From Azolla caroliniana (Eukaryota > Plantae > Polypodiophyta): a stretch of 64,000 nt of DNA. The stretch spans positions 11,780,001 to 11,844,000 of the forward strand of contig JBHGNT010000002.1 in NCBI GenBank assembly GCA_043228905.1, given 5' to 3'. Each line of letters opens with the position of its first letter. The stretch's first letter is position 1. Under the pieces are notes generated by a model. It saw only the letters and a program-made list of their open reading frames with translations, ran no database searches and had not been told where the DNA came from. Both the position numbers and the translations under genes were made by a program. Below, in pieces: positions 27,601-39,201 of this stretch.

Positions 27601-30600
27601 ATGACCAGTTTGAAAGGCAGCATGAGGATTAGAGTTTAGGTTAACTAGAGAGGGAGAGAGTCTGAGTGAGAGACAAAGGGAGAGAGAGAGAGAGATGCAC
27701 GTTGTCTTGGGTACAAAGAGTGTACCATTTTTTTTAGTTTTTATATATATACATAGATTGACCCATGCGTGAAATTCGTAATATTTGACATCCGTAATAT
27801 TCGTAAAATTCGAGAATACAAAATGACCCCAAGAATATTACAGAACCATTTGTTTATTTATTTATTATTTCAAAAAATAATTTTATATATTATATATAAA
27901 AATATTATTAGTCTAAGGTCCCCTTTTTAATGTCAAGAGAGTAAAAAGTGGGGAATTAATGAATCTTTTATTTATTATTTATTTATTTATTAAAAATAAA
28001 ACAAATACTTTAAAGTTTTTCATCTATTATAAGAATATTATTAGTGTCAGGTCCCCTTTTTAATGTGATATAAAAATATAAAATTTTGTGAGAACCTTTT
28101 ATTTATTCTATTTATTTTACATATATATATATATATATTTTGTTTCATTAAAAATTAAAACATATACATCTAAGTTTGATAAATATTATAAAATATTATT
28201 AGTGTGAGTTCCCCTTTTTAATGTGAAATAAAAATATGAAATTTATGGGAACCTTTTATTTAGTTAATTTATTTACAAATATTTATTTATTTTTCGTTTT
28301 ATTAAAAAATAAAACAAATACATTTAAGTTTTATATATATTATAAAAATACTATTAGTACGAGGTCCTCTTTTAATAATAGATAAAAATATCAATTTTTG
28401 TGGGAGAGTAAAGTGAGAAATTAATGAACCTTTTATTTATTATTTATTATTTTTTTATATTTATTAAAAATAAAACAAATACTTTTAACTTTTAAGTTTT
28501 CCATTTATTATATAAAAATATTATTTAGTGCAAGCCTCCTTTTTAATGTCAAGTTAAATATCCCATATTTAATGTGAAAGTCTCTTTGTTATATGATATA
28601 TATATATATTAGAAACTAAAAAGTAGGAACTCTTTTTTTTTCTTTTTTTTTTAACGAATATTTTTCCATGTATTCTTATGCGTATTCGTATGTATTCGTA
28701 TGGTAACCCCCACGAATGCGAATATGTCAATCTATGTATATATATATATATATGTATATACAAGTCAAAATGTGCTACGAATGCGTTCACACTCGTGCAC
28801 TAATAAAAGGCACGATGGCCCTTTATTCCCAACATCATGTTGCGGTTACTGAACTTTTTTCATGGCACTATTGGAATGCTCCTCTACCTATAAAGGGAGG
28901 GCAACAATATTATAATGGTGGTTTCTACATACATGTAATTTAAATGTGTGGTTGACGAGAGAGAGAGACAGCCATGTAGAGAGAGAGAGAGAGAGAAGAA
29001 AGAAAGATATATTAATGTCTTTTACGAGGCCAAAATGGCCTATAAGACCAAACAAGAGATTACATCTTAAGTGTTGTCTTGTCTTTGAGAACAATAAATA
29101 AATAAAAAAAGTAAGTAATACTTCGTAAATATAAAAGTATATAAAATAAAAAGAGATGAGGGAATTTGGTTTTCGGCAAATGTCAGATTCTCATGTTAGA
29201 TATATTGTATCTTTTGTCTCCGAAGCGAGGGAAGCACTTGCGATGGCGGGAGATAATGGCTTTTATTTGTTGATAACAAGGGTGACGAGGTCGTGGTCCA
29301 TGGGGTCGGGGCCTACGTGCACGGCAAATTGCTATTGCCCGATCAATTGTAACCCCTTTGTTATGTCCTGGTCGGGAGCCCATTTGTGTATCCCGTGATT
29401 GAACTGTAGCATTAGTAGGAGTGATGGGGCTAAAGAAAGTTGTGATTGTTCTTTGTGGATGAGCTTGTGTGGCTGTATTCTTCAACAACTTTTCCCAATG
29501 TCGCTTGAGCTTTAGCAAGAAAAGTTCTAGGCACCGCTGGTCCTCATATTCCATTACCTTGCGTAGTGGGCCAAAGCCTTGTTTAAAGAGGCAATGGTAT
29601 CTCCCTCTGATTTCACAAAAGACACTACAGTGACAAACATAGTGTTCTTCGGATTCCACTCCTTGATGACACAATTGGCAAATTCTCTCTTCTAGAGATA
29701 GTCGTGTATATCTGCCTACCTCAATTTGTAACTGATGTGATGAAGTTCGCATCCGCCCTATCACACTACACAATGCATAGGATAGATGTATGTCCATATA
29801 AGGTGGCCTGATGATGAATCCGTCCTCCGATGTGTGTAAGAAGTGTGTCGTATAGTGGGCCATCTTCGTACCAAGTGGTATGTTGGGGCTGATCCATGTT
29901 ATCTTGTTTTCCAAGTTAATCATATCAGTTCGAATCACTCTATTCTTTTCCACTTTGGTCATATTTAGATGAGGACAGTCCAAGCTATATTGGAACGGGG
30001 GTAGTGCATTTATACTCATGCCATGTGACTCAAACCATTGCTGCATTTCAGCATACCAACAATGAGTGTCTCCATTTTGAGCCAATTTTCTTGATGACAT
30101 AAGTGCCAACCTTGGGTACCTTCGTTTAGGGAGCTCCCAAAGACGTTGGATAAATGTCATTGATCGGAACAATGCCTTGGTGATTATAGGTGCTGCTCCC
30201 ATCTCTGCCCGGATTATATCGTGGGGCACCGATGCTTTGCTCCTTATCGTGCGAGCAATCATTGACACTAAAGGTCTCTCTAAATCTTTCCAATGATTTG
30301 CCTTGTTAAGACTCGGTCCCCATATTTCTACTCCATAGAGAAGAGTTGGTGTGACAAGTGTATCAAATAACCACAACTTAGTTTGTGGCTCTTGGAACTG
30401 CAAATGTGCACATTGTCTCTCAAGAGCACTAAGGGCTGCATATCCACGAGAAATTCGGGCACAAGCAGCCTTTTGTAAGGAGAACTTAGGCCCTGTAATG
30501 TTACTCCTAGGTATGTGTAGGAACGTGTATATTCCACCTTTTCCTCTCCCGAGACGAATTCTGGTTCTGATCTTGTTACCCATGCTTCTTTAGTTTTATC

Positions 30601-33600
30601 GATGTTGATTGACAAACCTTTGTCCGTACAAAATAGTTTTAAGGCATTTAGATGTCTTTGTAGTCCCTCTGGAGAGTTCGAAATCAGCACCATATCATCA
30701 GCATAGAGTAATATTTGTATAGCTATACTTACTATGCATGCTCCTGAACCTGCGAATCTCTCTATGTAATGTGATACCTCATCTATATAGAGACCAAAGA
30801 GGTGTCATGGGCATAGATAAAGTGCTCACCAACCAATCCATCATGATCTTGGGCCTTCCCAAATTGTTGCCAATCAATGACATTTCTTACATTTTGTGGT
30901 ATAAAAAAGGTTGATTCATGTGGGCGTGAACCATTCAGGTGGGGAAGAGGAGGTTGCCCCGGGATATCATATAGAACCTTTGCATATTCATGCCACACTT
31001 GAGGTGAGGTCAGTTGTGTGGTGGGTTGACACTCATTAAACATTTTCCATGCTCTTTTACTTTCTTGTCCTAGAAACAAGTGATACAAATGATCTTCAAA
31101 TTTAGCTAAATACAATCTCTTCTTCTTCCTTATGAGGCGTTGGAAGGTTGCTCTCGCTTGTTTGTGTATATAAATGCCCCAAGTTACATCACGCTGCAAG
31201 CATCTCCTTGTATCATGACATTCCTCATCATACTCTACCAAGTTTGGGGGGATTGGCTGTTGTGTGAGGGAAGGCATTTGTGGCTGCTTTATGCAATGAT
31301 TTGGACAATCCTTGGGTAAGTTCTTCAACGGGTGCGAAAGGATCCAAATCTAGCATGCCATTGTATACACCACAACTATACACATCAATTGTCTCGCAAG
31401 TAAATAGATACTTAGCCAGCCCACTCTCCTTAGCATATACATCCTTTGTGCATCCATCCTTTACCGCGAAGCGTAGATATGCATGATTTGCTGCCAAGCC
31501 AATAGGTCTACCCGATATAGGAAACTCTTTTATTTCAAGTATGAGAGATGGAGCGCCCATTAGATAATCGACTGTGCTTGCACCTCCTTTTGGGTTCCAA
31601 CATGTCAAAGTATCTGATCTCGGCCATTGGGACAAGCCATTATCTATCACGAATCCATGCGCACTTCCCAAGGCTAGAAAGTGTTTTCCATATTCAATTA
31701 TAACACTCATATCTTGAGCTTGTCGCTGTAGACCAACCTCTTCTGCCATAACTTCTCCATAAACAGCCTCGTTGGTGTTAAACATAGTTGTTTGCTCATC
31801 CTTGGTTCGTGCATTAAAATCTCCTAATAGTATTATGTCCCCCATAGTAGCAAATCTTATGGTATCATCATATAATGGTAGATATGGTGATTCACCTAGT
31901 GGTGCAAACCTTGAGTAGGCAGGTGGAAAGTAGCAAATTGCAATATATACCTCCCTAAGATCCCCTCTTTTGATTCGTATCCACATGTAGTGTGCATCTA
32001 CATCCTTATGGACAACATGCACTCTTATCATGGAGCTCCTTTTTGTATACCACAGTCACTCCTCCCGAACCTCTAGTGCTTCTTGGTGTCCGAGGTTGGG
32101 GGCAACATATTGACTCCCATCTATATCCTTGTACCTCGGAGAGTTTGCAAGCCATGCATTGGTGGGTCTCTGTATACATAGCAATTTTTCTGTTTTTCAA
32201 GGTATCTTCAAAATATCCGACATCTGTCCGTGGAGAGTCGTTGCAATTCCATATGGTCATGCGTAGGGTCTCATAGGCCATATATCGTCATGCGGCTATC
32301 TTCTTTGCAATAATGACCTTGCCATCTCTATATACGGCCCGTTTTCCTTCCTTTCTTGCATTAAGCACTCGTGGCATGTTTTCTTTGCGGTGTGCCACTT
32401 GGGCTGGAGTGAGATCATCATCTAAGTAGTAAGTATATTTTTTCACCCTTGAGTGCCTTTCTTTTAGAGAGGAAAGCTTTTTTCTTGTCAATATCCATGA
32501 AGCGGATGATAAGGGCTTTAGCTCTAGACTCATCTCTTCCCACCCTCCACGTTGAAGCAAATGGAATATTTGATGCCCCAATCTTTGTTCCGAGATTCTT
32601 GGCATATTCTTGTGGGCTTTTTTTTTCGGCCCAACCAACCACTCGTACATGCAACACACGAGCTTTCCTCTCGGCTTCTTCTTCTAATGTAACATTCATC
32701 AATTCCATCCTATCCATAGATGTTTCTTTTTGCTTTTTCACTACCTCTATCCAAGGAGCATTTGATTTAATTTCTTTTTGGGCGTGCTCAGCTTGATCTT
32801 TGGCATCTTTAGCCATGTCTACCCATGTTTGCATTTCCTTAGTGACATTGGCTTTCACTGTAGAGATACATCTTTCCATTGCTTCTTCTCCTTTTTCTAA
32901 ATCCACTTTTATAGCTTCAAACTCAACATTACTTGCGGATATTTCATCCTTAAGGTATTGTGTCATGTCATCCTTGAGCTCCAAGTGTGATTTCTTCACA
33001 TGGCGTATGATGTCTTTCCGCATCTCTTCTAATAACTCAGTCTTGAGAGAGGCATACATCTCTGTTTTCTGTTTCTCTATCTCCTTTTTCATTTCTTCTT
33101 TTAATGCTATTTCTATATCTTGTTTGTGTTGCTTGAAGGACCTTTATGATCGTGTTGTTGCTCCTATGGTAAAAGGTGTTGTTCAAGGTTTAAATGCTAC
33201 AGTTTTTGCTTATGGGGCAACGGGGAGGTATGTGGCAATGACTATATTTCTAGGAAGATTTATAAATTAGATCTAAAAATTGCCAATATGCTTAATTTAT
33301 ATTCATTGATTGTGATTGCGATGCCAGTGGTAAAACGTATACAATGGTGGGAAAGGCAGATGATCCTGGGCTGATGGTTCTAAGCCTCCAGGAGATTTTT
33401 AGGTGTGTTTCCAAGCAAGAAAAAGACAATAAATATGAGGTCACTTGCTCTTACTTGGAAGTTTACAATGAGGTATATAGAGCACATTATATTTACAAAA
33501 CCAGATCATTTTCGTTTAGGTTATGTTTTAATATAGGTAAAAAGCATTACTGTTGCTTTTCAGCAGGTTATATATGATTTATTAGATAAATCATCTGGAC

Positions 33601-36600
33601 ACTTGGAATTGCGGGAAGACCCAGAACAAGGAATTATCGTGCCAGGCTTAAAGAGAGTTCAAGTAAGATGTTCCATCTGATCCATGGGTTCTAATTAGAT
33701 TTCTTGCTAAGAAAGTCGAGAATGATTCTTATTATGAAAATATCAGTCATGTCATCTTAAGAAAATTGACACACGGGCGAACATGGATTATGTTACTCAG
33801 TGTCTACGCAGTTTTATTAGTCTTACTAAAACACATAACATCTACTTTGGTGACTCAGGTGAATTCTACTCCCAAGATACTGGAACTGTTACATGCTGGT
33901 AACAGTAGAAGAAAGACAGAGAAAACAGATGCGAATGCAATTTCATCACGGTATGTTTGATGATACACAGCATCTCAGAGCACATTAAACTGTATGGATG
34001 ATGAATCCCGAGAAATATGTAGTGTTAATAAATTTCCATAACCTAATCTGCTAATGCAATTTTCAGTTCTCATGCTGTTCTAGAAATTACTGTAACAAAG
34101 TACTATCGAAATCATCTCGGGTCCCAAATGATGCAAGGAAAGATGGCATTGGTTGATCTTGCAGGAAGGTTGGTACATGTTTCATTAGTTTTTTTGTGGT
34201 GTTTATTTTTGTCAGATGTCTAATAAGTTTTTCTTCTCTCCGGAATGTTCAGTGAAAGAGCCTCTGAGACAAATAATGCAGGAAGGAAATTGAGGGATGG
34301 TGCCAATATTAATAAATCCTTACTAGCTTTGGCAAACTGTATAAATGCTTTGGGCAAGCAACAGAAAAAAGGTCTCGCATATGTTCCCTATCGGAATAGG
34401 TATTCACAAAGAATTTTTTCCATCCATTTATGCCGCATATATGTACCAATGTTAATGTTGATGAGTGGGTTTTTATTGGGTAGTAAATTAACAAGAATAT
34501 TGAAAGACGGTCTCAGTGGAAACTCTCGAACTTGCATGATTGCTACTGTGTCATTTGCTGATCACCAATACCATCACACTATTAACACACTCAAATATGC
34601 TAATAGAGCGAAGGAAATAAAGACCCATGTCCAGGTTCTCTTTCATGTCTACTATTCTCTCTATGAATGCATCTGGAATTTATTAGATTTCTTTGTAATT
34701 CTTTCTCATTCATTATTCCAGAAAAACATTGGCTCAGTTGATTCCCGAGTTGCAGATTACCAGCGAATGATTAATAGTCTCCAGGTAATTATGCAATAAA
34801 GGTCATCTACTTGTTACACAATTAAATGCTTTCCAAACTTTATATATCAATTGCAGAATGAAGTTAGTCTCTTGAAAAAAGAGTTGGAAGAGAAAGAAGT
34901 CCAGCTTAATGGTCTATCAACTGGGAGAAACCAAAATGATGGACTTTCTTGGTTGAATAGGCTTAGTCATGATATCAATGAAAACGTGGAAGAAAGGATC
35001 AATCTGCAGAAAGCACTTTTTGAGTTGGAAGATAAAAATTCATACAACCATTATGAGCTACAACAACTTGACAACGAGATTGCAAAACATCAGGTATTTG
35101 CCCTCTCAAATTTATTCATATTATATTTTTGCTATGTACCTGCATTTATAAGATCGGCTTAACTTACATTTAGATTGCCCTGATGAAATTTTTGCTGATT
35201 ACACAATTTAATATATCACTATTTTATTCATATGCCCTAGGTAGGTTGATCTATATGGGAGTGAAATGTGATGGGTTTCTAAATAAGGACCAAAGTTTGG
35301 CAATAAACTATGCATTGATGAATTTAAACACAGCACAGAAAAGATAAATAATATGAAACAGTCAAAGTGATATCTGAAGGTGCCAATGTGACCAATGTGC
35401 AATCAAGGGATTATGTTTAATGAGGAAGTTGAGAGTAACCAACACATCTAGAGGTGGCCAGAGATGATGAAACTCTTAGTTTGTGTTTATGAAGATACTG
35501 AAGCCTCTTGATGCTGGTAAGAGCATCAAGTAAACCCTTGGAGAATATAAAAAGCCTCCTAATGTGACGTTCTCAATTACATCCTAACTCAAATTAACCC
35601 TGAACATGGTAGTTTGATGGGATAGCTAAAGCAATATTTTTATTATCGTTTGGGCTGTATCAGAAGCATACAGCATCCAATCACAAAATAAGAAAATTAT
35701 AGCACCAGCCAGGAAAATAGTGTATTTTAACAGTTGATGACTGCACATGGTAGCTTGACGCAGATGAAGTTTCTGGGAACAAAATGGGTAGCTGAAGTGA
35801 AAATTTGATGATCATTTGGGTTGTAACAGAGCATACTGCATCCCATCACAAAATAAGAAAACTATTGCACCAGCTAGGAAAATATTCTGTATTTTTTAGC
35901 ATCATTGAGATTTCTAATCCTTAATTTCAAGTTTGTAGTTAGTAACTCAATAACTGATGTGTTTCTGTAAGCAGAGGGATGAAGATACCAGAATAGTGGA
36001 GGCTCTATGTGAAAGGAGGAAGTTAATTCTTGACAACATTCGAGATAATGATGAGGCTGGAGCCATCTATCGACAGGTAGCTGATGTTGATTTTTAAAAA
36101 TCGACACAATTTACTATTGTTCAAAAGTAAAACTTAAGTTCACGTGATAATAATTCTCTAATAAAACCAGGAAATTGAGCAAAACGAGGCTCAACGGAGT
36201 GATTTGCAGGAGATCATTGACAAAGCTGTACACAGTAATAGTAACACCACATACTTGAGAATACTAAGTCAATATAGGCTGCTGGTAAGCTATGAAAACA
36301 TATATAAATTCATTGCAAGGATTAGCATCTTTAACACTTCAAAAATTGATGATGCAGGGTATGTCAAACACAGAATTGCAGTTTCAAATTGCGATTAGGG
36401 ATCAAATCATAGACAATCAAAGGGAAGTTCTGGGAAATCTATGGGCTGTATTAAAAGGATCAGGATTGCAACAGAGGCAAGTTTTGGAGCTAGCATTGAG
36501 GCAAGGGATCACTATAGAGGAATGGGGACTGCCATCTAGAAATAGTTCACCCCATAGAGCTGGAAGCCCTTTCAGCAACGGCCTTTCAAGATTAGGTTCT

Positions 36601-36804
36601 TGTGGAAGGTGTGGTACTTCAGAACTTGTAGAAGTTACTTCAGTTACCTCCCGATACCTTGAATGTGCACATAACACTACCAATTCATGTTCGAGGAATA
36701 GCAACATCAACATGGCTTCTCCAAGAGTTGAAAATCATGGATATTACTCAGCAAGAAGAAGAAATGAGTTCTTCAATGGGGAAATCTGGACCGGTGGTCA
36801 GTAG
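15773..36804 (+). CDS. KIN8B: Kinesin-8 motor protein (KIN8B / kinesin-8-II-like), 15 coding exons, about 670 aa
   Basis: Exons: 15773-15832, 16203-16280, 16378-16467, 33139-33227, 33328-33472, 33567-33662, 33859-33950, 34067-34168, 34253-34399, 34484-34634, 34722-34784, 34857-35093, 35975-36076, 36171-36284, 36358-36804. All introns GT-AG; total 2013 nt in frame. Motifs VAVRCRP, P-loop GATGSGKT, SSRSHA, DLAGSER, VPYRNSKLT, plus N-terminal IRAP..K..TTL and coiled-coil [14 protein letters not shown] / [12 protein letters not shown] as I recall from plant KIN8B. End of the last exon is less certain. Confidence 0.92.
16716..16885. repeat. Tandem duplication of about 85 bp in intron 3
   Basis: GTGCATAG.TTCTCACCT...GAAATCC..TTGCC occurs twice. 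Confidence 0.8.
17331..17782 (+). mobile_element. Solo-LTR-like remnant related to the LTR at 54740-55223
   Basis: Starts TGTTATGGGCAT, shares GAACTTGC.TGGGGGCCTTGGGT and TATAAATA blocks, ends ACAACA. No matching TSD. Confidence 0.7.
17850..21520 (+). mobile_element. Heavily decayed L1-type LINE (endonuclease and RT remnants) in kinesin intron 3
   Basis: [22 protein letters not shown] (19441-19665), [12 protein letters not shown] near 19970, LASGLKIN near 20360. Internal tandem duplication of about 250 bp (18950-19445). Confidence 0.7.
22405..23251. mobile_element. Non-autonomous hAT-like insertion in the Copia RT, carrying tandem tRNA-like units
   Basis: 8-bp TSD CTCATAAT (22397-22404 / 23252-23259) splits the Copia codons for GIMRYLKG. 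Right end reads CATAGAAC; left end retains only GAAC. Confidence 0.7.
25720..26038. repeat. In-frame 159-bp tandem duplication of the Copia protease active-site region
   Basis: SGNVLFVSS...[10 protein letters not shown]...RGRHG occurs twice in ORF 25651-26064, nearly identical. Confidence 0.9.
26880..27605. repeat. Tandem repeats of about 180-240 bp in the Copia 5' leader
   Basis: AGAGGCAATATCTGTTGTACATGCATTG..AAAGCCTACAAGATGTT occurs three times (about 27020, 27265, 27450). Confidence 0.8.
27752..28736. mobile_element. Non-autonomous TIR DNA transposon (hAT-like) inserted in the (TA)n of the Copia 5' LTR
   Basis: TIRs CATAGATTGAC / GTCAATCTATG, absent from the sister LTR, flanked by TATATATA. 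AT-rich interior with five repeats. Confidence 0.85.
28957..33138 (-). mobile_element. RTEX-like LINE, 5'-truncated, frameshifted ORF1 and ORF2
   Basis: ORF1 coiled coil (32288-33138). ORF2 APE endonuclease ([18 protein letters not shown]), RT LYADD near 30700 with an upstream internal deletion, C-terminal [14 protein letters not shown]...CQLC...EEHYVCHC. (TC)n-like tail at 28957-28996. Confidence 0.9.
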
Positions 36805-36949
36805 ACCACTGCACAAGCATATCCTGATCTGGTACTCACATGTTCTCAGAACAAGAGTTTCTTGCAGGAGCATTGAAACATGCTTTAAAGCATACAAGAT
36901 TAACTGTAACTCATAATATCCTGTGTTTTCTGATGCTATGCAAGGATTA

Positions 36950-37470
36950 TAATTCAGATTGTTCTCAACTATGCCTACTCCAATGTAAGTAACATCCAAG
37001 AATGTGTGAGAAGATCTTCAGCTTTTCATGAATCCAAAGGAATAGGCTGTTGTAATATGACTGGTTCAAATTCAGATTGTACTCAGCTATGCCACTGCAA
37101 TGTAAGTAACATCCCAAAAATGTGTGCGAAGATCTTCAGCTTTTCATGAATCCAAAGGAATAGGCTGTTGTAATAAGACTGATTTAAATTCAGTTTATTC
37201 TCAACTATGCTACTCCAATGTTAGTAACATCCAAGAATGTGTGAGAAGATCTTCAGCTTTTCATGAAAGAATAGGCGGTTATAATAAGAATGATTCAAGT
37301 AATTCATGTATGGAAGTCAAACATGAGAAGTCAACAGAGAATGAAAGACACTCTGGACGGTTCTCAACTACTTACTTCAATGTAAGTAACATCCAAGAAT
37401 GTGTGAAAATCTTCAGCTTTTCATGAATCCTAAGGAACAGGTTGTTTCAATACGATTGATTCCAATAATT
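36950..37470 (+). repeat. Four copies of a roughly 117-bp coding-like repeat downstream of the kinesin stop
   Basis: CAATGT(A/T)AGTAACATCC...TCTTCAGCTTTTCATGAA at about 36980, 37097, 37215 and 37377. Confidence 0.85.
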
Positions 37471-39201
37471 CATGTGTGACAGTTCATAAAGCTGAATCTG
37501 ATAAGTAGATAAAGAAGGAAAGAACTCTGGGTGTAAAGGAAATTTGTAGTCGGGCAGTTATGGTAATGTCACATGTGAAAAATTTCCTTTCTTTACAAAG
37601 AAATTGCTTGGAAGGGTTATTGTTGCTTGCCATTCACTGAAGGTGGACATTGGTCTCATCACTACAAAATAAAGCCATTAGAAGGAAATTTTGGACGAAG
37701 TGAATGTTTTGATGTAATATATGCTATGCTTGGTATTCACCAGTGGCAGGCATTCCCTGAAAGGTTACTACAATAAAAATACCATCGCCTGGTGTACAAG
37801 GGAAGTCTGCAATGTTTTTTGTGCCAATATGTTACATGAAAAGATGTTCATTGGAATGAAAGGAATAGGTTTGATATAGAAGAAAAATCGAGACAAATTG
37901 AAGGGTCTAATCTCCTGAATGTTTGCTTGGCTGTCACCAAAGGTTACTTCAAATCAGATCCCAACCCCTCGTTCATTATAATTTATAATGTATAGCACAC
38001 GTTGCCAAATCAAACCAAAATTACTATTTCTGCTGCTTATGAATGCTTTTCTACAGACAATACTTTTAAAGTCACAAAGGATTGGAGGTGAAGTGGAATT
38101 TTGAGACGGGTGGGCGCACATTGTGTCTAGCTGTTTGATAATGCAAAAAAAAAAAAGGCTATCCTTTTCATGGACCCAGAATTCCAAAAGAGACTTAAAA
38201 CTACTTGCGTTATGAATTTTATTAGGAATTATTTAATTTATTTTTATTTGATAAGGACGGGGTATCTCATTCATTGGTCTAATAAGGAATCTTTCATGTT
38301 TGGTGCAGATTTTACTTCTCTATTTAATGTGCTTCAAATGTATAATTAAACATGCAATGACTGAACTTTATTAACTAATCTTGTGTAATGTAAAAGTGAT
38401 CATTATAAGTAAAAATGAGGAAACTGAATTATGCAGGTGTGTGTGAGAGGACCACGACCACTAAGGTGATGATGTCGACATGCCAAAACTCAAGGATATA
38501 TCTGCAACACCATTTTTTTTATTCTTTGTCTTTTCACCCTAAAAGGGTTCAATTGTATAGTAACCAAAATCTGTGAATTTTGATTTGTTCATTTTGGAAA
38601 CTTATGTAACTTGTGAGATTCATGACCGTCATAGTGATTTAATATAATCTATCATCATTGAGTTTATTTGATTGGACGAGATTTGTAAAACATATGGTTG
38701 TGGTGATATCTAAGCAACAAGATTTGTAAAAAATATGGTCGATGTGATCTTAAGCAAAAATGGTTGCATCTAGTATTGCTCAATGGCAATATATTGGACC
38801 TTGTTACACAACTTATCTATGATTAGATTGGCCTAGCTTCGACATCGGGCCTAGGTCACAAGGCCCTACTTACCCACACGCCTAGAGGGGGAATATTATG
38901 TTCCCAAAATAACCTCTAGCTCCAACACAATTTTTATATAGCTAAAATACCCTTTTGACCCCTAAACTCTCAAACTCTACCTTCCTTTCTCCCCCTATAT
39001 AACACATATATCAACTCAATAATTATATTTCAAATCACATTACACAAAGAGGAGCGCAAGTTTTTTCCCACACATTCAACGTAATAAATACACATTGACC
39101 ATACACCTTAACTTGTGCAATCACATGACCTAAAGAGGAGGGATCATCATATTATGAAATGTGACATTCCCACTCAACTCTTGGAAACATTCATTAGCAA
39201 C

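Larger units (their letters stand above)
21526..28834 (-). mobile_element. Ty1/Copia LTR retrotransposon with disrupted ORF in kinesin intron 3
   Basis: LTRs 21526-21791 and 27611-28834 (TGAAAGG...CCCAACA), TSD TCATG (21521-21525 / 28835-28839), PPT next to 21792. Gag [14 protein letters not shown], protease DSGAS, integrase [16 protein letters not shown], RNase H. Confidence 0.95.

Noticed and set aside
32800-33270. 156-aa ORF as a LINE-kinesin fusion protein
   Set aside because: It is antisense LINE ORF1 reading into exon 4; the true N-terminal kinesin exons are at 15773-16467.
38430-39200. Possible LTR remnants downstream of the kinesin (CCAAAACTCAAGGAT shared with about 51930)
   Set aside because: Similarity too short to define boundaries or TSDs.
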